Below are positions 1 to 12,814 of a DNA stretch of 64,000 bases, one piece after another. Every line of letters starts with the position of its first letter. Position 1 is the stretch's first letter. The notes under the pieces are model-generated. The model was not told the DNA's origin. It was given only the letters and a program-made list of their open reading frames with translations, and ran no database searches. Location: contig MU006093.1 of NCBI GenBank assembly GCA_010093705.1, positions 951,301 to 1,015,300 of the forward strand. Reading direction: 5' to 3'. The DNA comes from Patellaria atrata CBS 101060 (Eukaryota). The position numbers and the translations under genes were made by a program.

Positions 1-286
1 TAAGGATTACTGTTTAACAGAGGTGTTGCCGCGTGGACTCCACAATAGTCAGTTTGAGCTCCCCTTATCGCAGGTCATCAGCACAAAAAATTTATTCTAC
101 AAACGACAACCCTGTCTTCTATTGTCTCCTGTGTTCTTATAAAGCTCGTAGACATTCCCCAACGCATCTCAAGTCTCTTACTACCTTTCAGGCCTCCTAA
201 TAAACGAGGCCTATTGAGATTGTCAACGGCTGTCTCATTCTTGAACAAAGCTGTTTGACCCTTCATCAATATCTGTCCTTTACAAT

Positions 287-1657
287 ATGGCGAAAGAATC
301 CCGCCGCGGTTCTACTTCCGCTTGGTCTGGGTTTCCAGTTGACTTCGAGGTCTCGCCCGAGCGTCATCGCACCCGCGCTTCTCGCCGCCAATCTGCTGTT
401 CCGTTCTTACCACAACCTCAAAGCAACAACGTCTTGGCCTATCAAACCATGGACAAGAACGTCAATGCTGAAATGGAACATACCGTCTGTGGATCTTCAG
501 TTCATCGTGCAGGTACTCCATTAGAACACGGAATGATGCATCTCCCATCGAACCTCCTCTCCACACACGACCCTACCGACAACTTTGACAACCATCTCGA
601 TAAGCGTTTTGAGCGTTTGTCTATGGATTCGAGCTTTGAGCAACGTCATGCTGATGAAAACGGAGGAGTCAAGCTCCAACAAGGTGCCGCCGCTCCTATT
701 CCTGCCCACGAGTTGATGAAATTCTCCAACAACTCCATACTTGATACACCCGTTCCTGAGGATTTGAGGGATGTGCCGATGAAGAAGACCTCCCGCTCTA
801 ACTCCATGGAAAATACTGTGGCAGGTGCAGTAGGACCTTCTGGCTGTGCATCTTCTCCCTCTTCCCTAGATATGGTCTTGAACCGCGTTCGTGCTAGTAC
901 CGGTGGCTCCATCGTCCTTCAAAGCTCCTCACCTAGTAGTCACGACTCACTCCAGGCTCCAATTGCCACTGTGGTGAACTGCATCTTCGTATATCATATT
1001 CATGATCCTCAGCAGCGTTACCACATGATTCCAGTGGGAGTTCTCAACCAACCTGGAGTAAGCAGCTCTTCAATTCTAACTATGTTTCAGTTACTAATCG
1101 TAACCTAGGGTCTCGAATTTTTGATTAACTCTCTCTATGGAACCGAGGGCCCTGTTCACATATATCTATCCAGTGAACCTCTACCACACCCATGTGTCGA
1201 TTCCCGCGAAACGGTTGGCATGCTCAGGCCATATTATCTTTACCCGGTATTGACCGCCACGTATCCTTTCATCGAGATCACTGTCGTTCCCCGCTACAAA
1301 GAGTTCTCTCAATTTCGCTTCGTCATCAAACTTCCTGCTAACGCTGGCGTCTGGGAACTCCGCAACCTGGCCATGACTGAGATACGTAAGCTGACAAAGA
1401 ACGGACCCGATTTCAAGATGCTGGTTCTTATCGAGACCGTCGGGAACAAGATCATGCGAGACTATGAGGAGATTGGTAACTACATCCTCAAGAAAGGTTT
1501 CTGCGAACACCGTAAAATGATGGTCTCCACGGCGTGGCAGAGTGCTCCCGGTTTCGCTATCATTCAGCAGCCAAAGTATACTTGGTTTGCTCCCAGCGAC
1601 CGTGAAGACGTTTGTGCTATCATGGAAGGCGCACCATGGAACCGCTCGAATGTTTGA
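287..1657 (+). CDS. Hypothetical protein (~439 aa), disordered N-terminus and a possible ubiquitin-like C-terminal domain
   Basis: ORFs 287..1108 and 1121..1657 join in frame through a 51-nt intron 1058..1108 (GTAAGC...CTAAT...TAG), giving NQPG|GLEFLINSLY. No recognised family. Confidence 0.6.
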
Positions 1658-2626
1658 GACTCGAACATAGGACAGGCTGTCGCCGTTGAAATTCACTAGG
1701 ATGTATGCGGTAACAGTTACCTGAATCACTTGGGCTTCAGCTGAGAGAACACCTTGATAAGAGATATTGAAGCATCAGAGCGTCTAAGTTTATATATTGG
1801 AGATCACATATTACATATCGCTGAGAGACGTTGGCTATTGAGCGTTGAGTTGGACTTTGGACGGCTAAAACCCTTATTGGACCTCGTCTGCCATTGGTTG
1901 TAAATGACGAATTTTCCCTTATGTGATTCTAAAGGCCCCGGTTTATGAAATTTCTTTGTCTTCTGGGATGTTGGGCATGCAACCTTACACTATCAAACCA
2001 AACACAACAATTTGTCGCTCGCTCTCCGGTCTGGTGCTCTCAACAGTGCTAGATCCTCTTATTACGATACTGTAGCTAGCTTCAAATCAAATTCGTTGCA
2101 CAAATTGATGCTCTTGTGGTTTCTTGTGATCTATTGCAAGAACTGAATGGTAGATGTGAATTTCTTGGAACATAAAATTATCCAGGTTCAACCTCAATTT
2201 GACAAACTGACTAGGAAAAATTTCAATATTAAGCACTCGACCCAGTAGCTTTTGAACGAATGATTGCCGTGGATTCTTACTTACCACACTCTTATACTCA
2301 CAACTATTTTAGACTCTGCAATACAAACGAGCATAATCTTTCAAGGAACTACGCTTGCATAGGCCAAGGAGTTCAAACCACGACAAGAGAAGATATGGAA
2401 AATGTAAAGATAAAACAGATACTAGCGAAAGAAGATTGCACGTCACGTGTCGAAGCCCGTGGCGTCGTCATTTACATCATCTCTTTGAAAGGTCTCCCAG
2501 TGGCACATCTGCTTCTTTGTCGGCCATCAATTTCTTTCACGAGCTCTCCACGTTTATCTGCCTGCCTCGTCCCATGGCAACCCTCTCGCAGTTTCAAGTT
2601 CAGCGGTACCGAATTTACGGGTCAAT

Positions 2627-3955
2627 ATGGTTAGAACAACGGCGGGTACACCGCGCATATCATCTATCTACGTTCTTATTGCTCTCATTTACCTAGCGAT
2701 AGCAGTATACGCGGAGGAGAATTTAACTGCAACGAACTCCGTACAGTCGGCGGCGACGAAGGTCAAAAGGGCTGCTACGACATACACGGTTACAGTAGGC
2801 AAAACTTCGCACCAATTTGGCCCCGAAATTACCAAAGCGAATGTCGGAGACGTTCTCGAGTTCGAGTTCTTTTCTGCGAATCACTCGGTAGTGAGAGCGG
2901 ACTTTAAACATCCATGTGTTCCGTATGAGCTTTTCAGAGAGGGAAAGGGTTTCTACTCAGGATTCAGACCCGTAGAAAAGAACAAAAATAATGTAAGTGG
3001 AGAAGACCAGCAACCGAAGACGTTGTGGGAAATGTTCTAATGCGTTCATAGCGACCAACCTGGCATCTCACGATCAACGATACTATGCCTATCTTCTATT
3101 ACTGCAGCGCACCTAGCAGTTGTACTCAGCATGGAATGATTGGGGTAATAAATCCCGTAAGTCAAGTTTTACCCGGCCACCAGGAACGATGTTAACTGAG
3201 ACATGTTTAGGAGCGTAACGGTGATTTAGAGATCCAACGCTCGCTCGCACTGAATTCGACGATCGAGCTTCAACCTGGGGATCCAGTTCCTTCCGAATTT
3301 GCGTCTGGTTCTACTTCTGCTACACCTGAAGCTACGTCACCAGGCGCTGGAGGCCATCAAAAGCTCTCCATCGGCGCCATCGTTGGCATAGTCATAGCCG
3401 TCTTAGTAGTAGTATTGATATCTGCCATCGTATGTTTCATGGTTGGAAAAAATAAAGCAAGAGCACAGAAGGAATCGAATAGTCTAATGCTTCCAGGTGG
3501 GACAAGCGTACATGGATTCTTAGGCGAGATGGTTAACGGTGAAGAGAAGGGATATAATAGCGGAAGTACAACCTCGGGGGATGAGATGACACTTGTGGGG
3601 AGTGATATTGTGCCAAAGAGCCTACTGATGGAGAGAGGAGTGCCATCCCATATACCCGGCGTCGTCCACAGTCGCTCTCCCTCAGAACCAGGCTACAGGA
3701 GACCTAGTATGCCGACGGAATTGTGAGTTTATAATATACTCGTCATTTCCAGGGATGAAGCCGTACTGATGACGCATATTTAGGCCATCGCAATATGTTC
3801 ACGACAATATCAGTCATCCCAGACGGATCTCTGAGTCCGGTGAGGTCTTCGAACTATGGGCAGCTCCACCTAATAAGACTGTTCCAGAGGTCGTTGTTAC
3901 CGGCCCTATAGCTCCCCCGAGACGACCACTCCCCAAGTTGCCGAGTGACATTTGA
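2627..3955 (+). CDS. Cupredoxin-like extracellular Ser/Thr-rich single-pass membrane protein
   Basis: Hydrophobic N-terminus; TYTVTVG...F.P....ANVGD.LEF.F...NHSVVRA.F..PC and IFYYCSAPSSCTQHGMIGVINP motifs; TM segment LSIGAIVGIVIAVLVVVLISAIVCF. Introns 2993..3051, 3157..3210 and 3723..3783 keep frame. Confidence 0.85.
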
Positions 3956-4594
3956 GTTTGTTCCTTTTTCTGCTTATTTTTCATGGCTCTTTTTTGGTAT
4001 ACTGTCTTGTTTCCTTCCTGGTGTGAACGAGACTTTTCATTGAGAAGAGGCGGGGGAAGTGTCGTGTATCGTAGTGTTTATGCGCGCATAGTCTTGTAGA
4101 TAGCTTAGTATCCATACAGTAGTCGATGTAAGAATATTCAATACCATGGAAAGGATCAGTAATATGCAATATGGTTGTCATCGGAGTATGAAGTAGTATG
4201 AAGTGATCTGGTTGGAGCAGACGAGCACGGGGTGTGATTGAGAGGTTATTGTTGGTCGATGATATTTTTCGTTACTTACTGTAGCCATCTTGAAGGATCT
4301 GAGCGCACTCATTATTCTGACAGAATTAATACACTGGCTATCCCTTCTTTTGCACTGGTTCTAATAGAAAACTGCATCTGCGAATAAATCTTCTCCTCAA
4401 ATGTCGCGAACATTTATGATTGATTTTTTTCATTGTCCAAAGTCGATTTCGTACATGGGATGAGATGATACTTTAAACTCATCGATTGCGGCCTAACAAT
4501 ACCTTACGTTACCCTTAGTTCCAAAGTACATAAGCGGGACCCGAAACGAAGAAACCTCCTCCAGGACTTTCGTACCCTTGCCCGCTTTTGAGAG

Positions 4595-5882
4595 ATGCTC
4601 ACATCGTCGCCATCACCGACATTTTCTCCCTCCTCTTCACCATCAGGACATTTCCAAGCACGTGGCTACAGTAATGCCTCCTCCTACCGCCGTCCCTCTT
4701 CACAAAGTTCCCCTCGCTTCCCCACTCCGCAACCTCCGCAAACGAGCGCTGCTACTTCCACCCAACACTGCCGTTTGGATGCCTCAACCACCCCGACTTC
4801 ACACCCGCTCAATTCTTCTTCACTTAGTCACAGCTCTCAAACATCCTTGAATTCGAATCTACAAAACTCGTTACCTAGAACCACGGCGGACGCAGGTACG
4901 CAGTACACACCGCCCGACTTTCCACCTACCTATCGTAGACCAAACCCCACCACCGACGCGCCCAGCTTACCTGACGCGCTCGCGGTGGACATTTCTTCTA
5001 CAAATAAAAGCCAAGGGAAGCGCAGAGAGTCATCAGCTTCTTCGTCCACCATCGACACGGAATCCGACACTACGGAAATACCAGTAGAGCCTGACCTCCG
5101 GGTGGAACCACCGCGACCTTTACCCTCGCCTATCGATTCGATCAAAATGAGCATCGGAAGTTCTTCGAAATCTGTGAGCTCTGAGCCTTCAAACCAGAGC
5201 GGCTCCGGACCATCGGGCTCAAAGAGGGCGAGAGTTGACTCCACGATCAAAATCTTACCATATAGGTATGAAGACTGCGATGTGAAGGATCTTGGATCTC
5301 TCGTCGCCGACTTGCTCCTAGAGCTTATCAAGTATAATGACGACCCATTACTCAAGCTTCGCGACGCTCAATTGACGCGCTTCCACTCGAGGTGAGAAAT
5401 AAATATAGCCCGCAACGATCCCTTCATCCTTGCAATCTTCACCGTAAATAAAGGGGCTGTACAAGTTAACTAACCTGATCCCTTCTTCCTGCAGGGCGCC
5501 GCCAGGTATATCTGTCAGAGAATACCTCATGCGCATCATTATCCACGCGGGACTTCCCACTCCAATTGTGCTTTGCATGGTCTACTATATCGATACGCTC
5601 TGCTCACATTACCCGGCCTTTACCATTTCCTCACTGACAGTCCACCGTTTTCTAATCACTGCGGCAACCGTCGCCTCCAAGGGGCTTTCCGACAGCTTCT
5701 GGACGAACCCATTCTACGCCCGTGTCGGCGGTGTGAGCGCCAGGGAATTGGCCCTCCTGGAGTTGGAATTCTTGATTCGTGTTGATTGGACAATCGTTCC
5801 GCAGGCTGAGACCCTGCGCGACTACTACACGAATCTTGTTAACCGATGCGACGGGTACGAAATTGCCAGGCGTCCTACTTGA
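4595..5882 (+). CDS. Pho80/PREG-type cyclin (Pho85 cyclin family)
   Basis: LTRFHSR|APPGISVREYL.RI...MVYYID.L...F.ISSLTVHRFLITAATVASKGLSDSFWTN..YARVGGV...EL..LELEFL; intron 5392..5494; long Ser/Pro-rich N-terminus as in Neurospora PREG. Confidence 0.9.
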
Positions 5883-6151
5883 ACAACGAACAGAAAGAGG
5901 TGAGCCACTGGTCGCAGTGCAAATTATGGACAAATACACTCCGAATGCGTCATTGGCTTTCTCATGATTGAGAGTCTCCCTCTCTCTTTCGTTTTGAGCC
6001 TTCGAAACAACTAAAGACGAATGGGATGACTTTTGTTTTGTTTTGTTTTTTTTTTTTACATACAGTAATATCTGATCGAGGGTCTCTATCAGGAACTCAA
6101 ATGAAGGAGTCAAGACGACCATGTCGCATGTAGAACTGTTCCCGGGGAGGA

Positions 6152-6251
6152 NNNNNNNNNNNNNNNNNNNNNNNNNNNNNNNNNNNNNNNNNNNNNNNNN
6201 NNNNNNNNNNNNNNNNNNNNNNNNNNNNNNNNNNNNNNNNNNNNNNNNNNN
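6152..6251. other. Assembly gap (100 N)
   Basis: Run of 100 Ns; true distance and contiguity across it are unknown. Confidence 1.
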
Positions 6252-7515
6252 TCCACGATCGAGACACCGCCTTTCCTTTTTCCCTTTTTCGAGCAGTTGG
6301 CGTCAGCAAGAATTATGTTGTGCATGACTCAATTTGATGTATCCACAATCCAGGCCGCTGGATATTTTATTTTCATGTCAAAGCATGGCATGGCGTTTCA
6401 TCGAGGAGGGGCGTAATATGGGCATCCGGAGCATGTAAGCGATTGCAGGAAATTCTTTTCGTGATGGGACTTTTCTCGGGCTTTTGTCAACTCTTCTACT
6501 ACACTGGTCGGCTGTGTCTGTTTTTCTTGATCTCATCTCTGTAACCCCCCACTGCTTAGGGTAATGCTTGCTATTTGGCTTCTGATCTGTTCAGGGATAT
6601 GCCACTGATTTCGGGGTTGATTCCTGTTTCCTGCCCTACATCTTGTTCATATGATGAACCCCGTGCTCTCCGTTCATATACTTAGCTGAGGGCTGAGGGT
6701 TAGTCTACTAGAATACTATTGAAAATGTGGCACTGTTTCGGGCTTTTGCTGTGCTGACTAACACACCTTTTTAACTTTAAACATCAACAGCAGCGCAGGA
6801 ACCAAAATATCCGGCAGTATTTACTTGTGCTAAAGGTTTGTAGAGTACGGTACAGCCCTGTAAAATCGCATGTTTCAACCACTTCTTCAGTAAGCTAGAA
6901 GGGTAAAGTTCTGTAACAATGGGGTTCGAGCATTCTATAATGGTAATGCCGGCGGCTACAGTGCTGGATCACTCGGACCTCGTGGTCCCTGATGATGGTA
7001 CTAACTATAAGCTATCGGATGGGTCGATTTCCCATGTTATATGCTCTCCTCGCCTTCACGATAGGATAGGGACGTTGGACACTGCTACGACGAAGATGGG
7101 CATTCGACGGGATATCTCGCGCAACATAAGGTATGCGTTATTCGAAATATCAAGCCCCTGCTTCATGAAAGAGAGCCCGATAAATGGCCTCGTAAACACA
7201 GATGAAAACGGGGAACAACAATTCACAAATCAGCCAAGAACAGTAAGAGAACATAAATTCATTTGTTATTCTCAAAGACGTGTCTCCAAAATTATGGATT
7301 TGAGTCAGCAAAATTTGCGTTTGATGATCTATCTTCTAGTTCCAACGAGCGGTTCGGTAATATGATAATGGGTTTGCGGGTCCGGTATCATCCCTGTGTA
7401 GGCTCTTCCACGTCTGTTACTCTGAAGTTAGTTTTGCTGATAAAAGCGTGTCTCTTCCCGGTAGGATAGAGTTGGAAAATATTTGAAGATCAAGCGTATA
7501 GCAGCGCATCTGGAG

Positions 7516-8622
7516 TCACATACCTTTATACTTGAAAAGAATGTTCATGTTCCCACAGACAGACATCCATATGTTTATCTCCTTAATGCATTTTATCCCA
7601 AGCCGCTCCTTATGATTTATTGCAAGCCAGCACGGACCGGATCCCAATTCTGTCCCCAAAACTGCATAGAACTCATCCGAAGCTGCTGCGGTCTCTACGT
7701 TCGCTGCGCCGGCATGTTCGAGATAGATACCGGGCCAATCGGGGGCATCGTCCAGCCCCATCCCCCTATTCCTAAGTATTCGCTTGATGATCCTTTTCGT
7801 GCATTTATTCATGATCCCGTGCGTGAGGACATATTTCAGCTGGTTAAGTGGCATTCCCGCTTCCTTTGCTAACTGTTCGTACGTAGTGAACGTGATATCC
7901 GACCAATGATGCAGGAGCGGAGGGAGTGGAATAGTCACAGGTTGGGTCCCGGCTAGAACTACACTTTGAGGGCTTTTCAGATCCAGAGCGTAGATTGCAC
8001 CTTGTCTAACGTTGTAAACGTTATAAAAATAACCCTCGGTGGCCTAGAAGTTTTGAAATTAGTGAAAAAACATGGACGGATTACAGCTCGAAGAGCCAAT
8101 GGAATGTCAACATACATGATATTTCTGATTATCGTGCTCTGTGGTACGATTGTGTTCCCAGACCATTGCTCTGTTGTATTGCGTTGTAGGATCATCTCTG
8201 GGATCCTCCGTGCTCAGTCCTAACGAACTTACAGCACGCTCGATCCCCTTATCCTTGAATTGATCTTCGGGGTCATGAATAAACCCTTCGTAATTCACCG
8301 AATTGTAGCCCCATTTTTCAATGTCCGAGTATGCGAAGTAAACTTGGGGGGATAAACCGCAACCGGAGTGGCTCTGATATGCATCCCCTAGTTGTTTCAT
8401 AGTATATGCCATCCCATGATGGAGGGAACGCCCCTTCTCAATAGCAAAAGTCCACTCTGGTTCTTCGGATGGCTCATTTGGATCGATTAAATATTTGTTG
8501 AAATTTACTCTGCGAACATCAGAGCCAGTTGATGCAGAGCTTTGCCCTCCTGAAGATTCGCTGTCAGACTGCGGGTTGGTTATACGAGAAGAAGTGGTAA
8601 ATGGGCCCAGGTTGTGCGGCAT
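7516..8622 (-). CDS. Uncharacterised fungal protein (WSD...I.N..T...F.A.LGT..G...HK..LG.K.I family)
   Basis: ORFs 8107..8688 and 7516..7938 join via a phase-0 intron 8115..8044 (GTATGT...CTAAT...TAG) reading KYH|ATEGYFYNVYN. ATG at 8622. A terminal intron 7523..7422 is possible and would move the stop to 7417. Confidence 0.75.
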
Positions 8623-10164
8623 CGTTCGACAGGATTTGAATGTCAAGTAATCGTAAGCTTGAGGAAATTTTACAATATAGTGGTGCAATGGGAAGTCTGC
8701 TGAATGATAGTTAAATTCCCCATTGACTGTAAGAAGCCCTGTGCTACGAGTATAGGGGATAGGGAAGCTTAGAATGTTTGTATGGAAGTGGGAGATGAAG
8801 GCCTTTTCGCTGAACGTACATATTTGAAGTAACGACAGGTCTGGTTAAGAAGTCTTATGTGGTTAGACTATACAAAATGCTAGTAATCGAATAAAGGATT
8901 GAGATCGAAAACCGGTCAGTAGTGAGCGGTTAGTACAAAATTGATGCTGTCTGTGATGATAACAAAAGATAAATCGAAACTCTTTCACCACGCCAGCGTG
9001 GAAACTGTATTCAGAGGGTTTCAGTAGGGAAGGAGAGTCTGAGGAGCAAGCGACAAGATGTATACATAAAAGTGAGTCAATAACGATTAAGTTGATAAGG
9101 TTGCTGAAAAGGAAACAGCATCCTGCACGTTGTAAACACCCGCAGATACTAATTGGGGGAGACATAGTAACTCAAGGTTTGAGAATCTCAGATTAGAGAT
9201 GTTGTAGTTTCAAGTTGAACTGGAACTTGAGTTTGGAAAGATATATAGGAAATGCAGTATCATGAATAACAGTAATAGAAAAAGTACAAGTCAAGCTCAT
9301 ATATATGTAATAGATATCTGTAATAGATAAATCTCGCAGGATGGTTCGCAAGATATGTAAAAGATAAGATACGAGGACTTAAGATTAGTGCTAAGGGATC
9401 AATAAGTGATATGAGCATTTGCTTCAGCAACATGATTAGTTCTACGCTGAGGCTTCGAGTCTCTATGCCCTAGCACTATGCTAGCTCTCATCTTAGGAGT
9501 CTGTTAGAGGTTTTAATAGAACGCTCAAGAATCGACTGCAATAAGGAACGATTTAGAACGGCCGAAATAGCTTCGGAGAAGACATGAAGTTGGAAAGTAG
9601 ACTGGACGGAAGTAAGCTTTTCCCATCCGAGACAGGCGCCATTGTGCAAGGTTGGTGCCTCAGGCGAGAAGCTTAATTTTACGCTGAACAACGATACAGC
9701 GCCTTGGTCTTTCAGTTCTCCCAAAACATCAGGAGTGACTCGAAGAAAAATTTGGCCTCTCAGGTCGGAGACCTTAATGTCTGCATCATTTGTTGGGGCG
9801 CTGTAAAGGCTACGCATTTTTCAAATCGTTGGATCAATAGAACTAAGATCATTCCATTGAACCATTGCACAAGTTTCACTGCAATAATTTAAAGATAATC
9901 TGAAGATCCATAAGTCTATAATACAGCTGCCTATCGTGCACTGCACCTTCCTAAGCATAAAAACTATAACCCCCCAAAAAACGTACCCAGATCTGAGCCG
10001 TGATTTCCTTCCAAATGAATATAGAAGAAAGGAAAAGAAAAACATGAAGATATACACCAACACTCGTAATGCAATCATGCGAAACCCGCTCGAAATTTCT
10101 GTACAGAACAGCATCCACATACAACGTGTGCCACTTAATCCCCAAAACCAGCATTCATAACTAC

Positions 10165-11337
10165 CTAATGAGTGTGTGGTCTCAAGAGCCATCCCCTCCT
10201 CTTTAAGTGGAGGGCCCGGTGAGCGAATCTCTTGACAATCTGACCGTTAGAGCATTGCGTGCCCTCGGCGACAGCCTGCCAGATAACCCTACCATGGTTG
10301 CAAAGACCGAATTGAGACGTACCATTGCACATTAAGGCGCCGTCCTCAGAGCAGGTTGTTCCTCCACTAGTTGAAGGTGTAGTAGCGGAAGGTGCCAGCA
10401 CAATGGAAGAGCCAGGCGCAGTACCAGTTCCGATTGGAGCAGCACTTGTTGGTACCGCAGTGACCGTGATAAGTGTAGTCTCAATAGAAGTGGATGCACC
10501 TTCAGAGGATGGGACCGCACTAGAAGCACCTGGTGCAAGGATACCGCCAGTGTTAGTTGGTGCAGGTGCTACAGATACAGATGCAGGTGCTGATGAAGAT
10601 GCTAGTATTGAGGTTGCTGATGGAGATGGCGAAGGTGCTACGGTTTCGGAATCCGAGTCAGGAGGAGGTGCATCTCCAACGGACGAGGAGCCACAATTGC
10701 CCTTAGGGGCCACAGTCTCACCGTCAGTCCTAACATCTTGACCCGGATTTGGAAATTTGACATCTGCGCTATCCACAGTGCTGCATCCGGTCCCTATGTC
10801 GGCTATGAACATGTCGGGTAGTTGGTCGAAGCGGGAGGTATCAGATGCCCCACCGGTAACTGAAATTGGTGCACAATTCATGTACATCTCTCGTCTTCCA
10901 CTAAGACGTGCGAACCAAGTCCAGGCAAATGTAGCATTCCCTTCAGGGATGCTATCAGGAAGAGTGTAGGTATAGGTGTTTGGTCCGTTTACGCCCGGAC
11001 AGCCGCCCTCAATGCTTTTAATGACTTTGAATTTGGAATTCTTCGTTGGTGGTACATCAGTTGTGACACTGAGCTGACAGCTTCCACCTCCATGAACAGC
11101 TGTGCCCGAGAAGGCCAGTTGTTGCTCTTGACCCACCGGAATGACGTTGAAGTCAGATATTTCGAACCCAAGATTAGTCTTGCAGGGGTAGTTGGAACCA
11201 GATTGGTCTAATGGACCATTGTCCTGCATTCCTTTATCTGCGGAGTATGGAACAGGTTTCGCTAGAAGCATATGTGCGGTAGCAGAAGATGTGAACGAGA
11301 GGACCGTTAAAGCTTGGAGGGGATATAGTTGAACCAT
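10165..11337 (-). CDS. Secreted AA11 lytic polysaccharide monooxygenase (chitin-active family) with Ser/Thr linker and C-terminal Cys module
   Basis: Signal peptide ending ATA|H gives the N-terminal His; AVHGGGSCQ (second His); FAWTW; REMYMNCA (Tyr); low-complexity linker; C-terminal C..DGALMCNG..FGLCNHG..WQ.VA.GT.C module. Confidence 0.92.
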   Translation of the reverse strand: MVQLYPLQALTVLSFTSSATAHMLLAKPVPYSADKGMQDNGPLDQSGSNYPCKTNLGFEISDFNVIPVGQEQQLAFSGTAVHGGGSCQLSVTTDVPPTKNSKFKVIKSIEGGCPGVNGPNTYTYTLPDSIPEGNATFAWTWFARLSGRREMYMNCAPISVTGGASDTSRFDQLPDMFIADIGTGCSTVDSADVKFPNPGQDVRTDGETVAPKGNCGSSSVGDAPPPDSDSETVAPSPSPSATSILASSSAPASVSVAPAPTNTGGILAPGASSAVPSSEGASTSIETTLITVTAVPTSAAPIGTGTAPGSSIVLAPSATTPSTSGGTTCSEDGALMCNGTSQFGLCNHGRVIWQAVAEGTQCSNGQIVKRFAHRALHLKRRGWLLRPHTH

Positions 11338-12814
11338 GGTGATATACAGTCAGGGAACTGATATTGTCGAAATGAGTGTGGCTGTAAAGAATAGAGACTA
11401 GACCAGCTAGTAATTGGAATGAAACAAAAAGAATAGAATGAACAGAAGGTGCAACTGCACTGAAAGGACTGTCTGAATTCAGAGACTGTGATCTGTGGGG
11501 AATAAAAGTGAGTATGCTGAAGTCTGGAGCGCGTCTATATATTCTGCCGACATGATGATGATCGCCATAAAAGACAGGAAACCCTTGAATACTTACCCCA
11601 TAATTTTCGTTTTGTTTCTTGGAACTACGCATAAAGTTCTTCAATCTAATTCGTGTTGTTCTAACGAGTTAGCAAGGCGAAACAGTGGAGCCTCAACTCT
11701 TCCAGTGTAACCGCCAGACAAGAGTGTCTCCCTTAAACCAAGTGATGCAAATACATTAAACGCGTCTTGATTTTTGCACACGCGTACGTATCGAAATCAT
11801 TGTTGAAAGTAGGAGGAAGTCGTCTGAATGGTGCGCACAAATGGTGTTTCAAACGAAGGTTTAGGCGGGGCAAAACAGCCTATCGCAGGTCTGACTCCAG
11901 CCAGCGGGAAAGTCCGAATGTTTCGAAAACGTCCACCTTTTACACTTGATCCTAGATACGTACTATTATTGGTCGTTCAGACTTCAGAAATGCTTCTTGC
12001 CGTGTTTGACCGACGCTGCTTGGTCTGGATAGCGGAGGTTTATAGATACTTTGTAGAATGGACAGGTTCTTTCGTTAGGATTGGGGAGGTGGTTGCGTGC
12101 GTGTGCTTACTCTGCACTGTTTTACTCCGTATGAAAGCGGCAATAGTGATGACTATCCGGCGGGTTGAGAGTGATCAATATGCGGCATGTTGGATCATGC
12201 AATCGAGGACTTTGTTGTTTTTAAAAATCGATGATTCGGGTTCAGGGTGAGCCCTTTGGATAGAAGTACTCCCGTATTCTGGACTGCCTACCACTAAACC
12301 CGGCAGAAAACAGGGCCCCTGAAGTCCAGAATGCCCAGTTCCGGCGCCTTGTCTACCACCACCTCTGAGAACCATTTGCAGTACAGGTAATAACGCATAA
12401 CACATACGCGCTCTCTTTAAATTATTGAACCGAACACATGATCTCACATTAGGAAGACGTGTTTGTCAAACAGTGGAACGCTACTCAAGAAGGGTTCCCT
12501 TTCAGGAAAGTTAGTCCGTTTTACCTTCATGCAAAACTCCACGCCCAACTTAACCCACCATGTTAGATAACATTTCTAGTAGTCAAGGTGCTTACCACGT
12601 TGAATGTCATACGGCTCTCAATCGTGTTTCGAGAATACACATCTATGAGTTCGAGAAGCTACCTGGCGTGACGTATTCCAGTAGAAGAGAACTGAACACA
12701 TTCATTTACAGTAGTTTCCAAGAACAGAATATTAAAATCAGTTCATCAATTCATTTGCTTCCTAAGGCTTCTCGATTCGATCAAGACCACCACAAGAACT
12801 AACGGACTACCATC

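Noticed and set aside
6097..6327. ORFs spanning the N run
   Set aside because: Artefacts of the assembly gap.
6919..7365. 148-aa plus-strand ORF
   Set aside because: No motifs or clear gene structure; cannot be supported.
9488..10192. Short minus-strand ORFs downstream of the LPMO
   Set aside because: No family motifs; partly LPMO 3'UTR.
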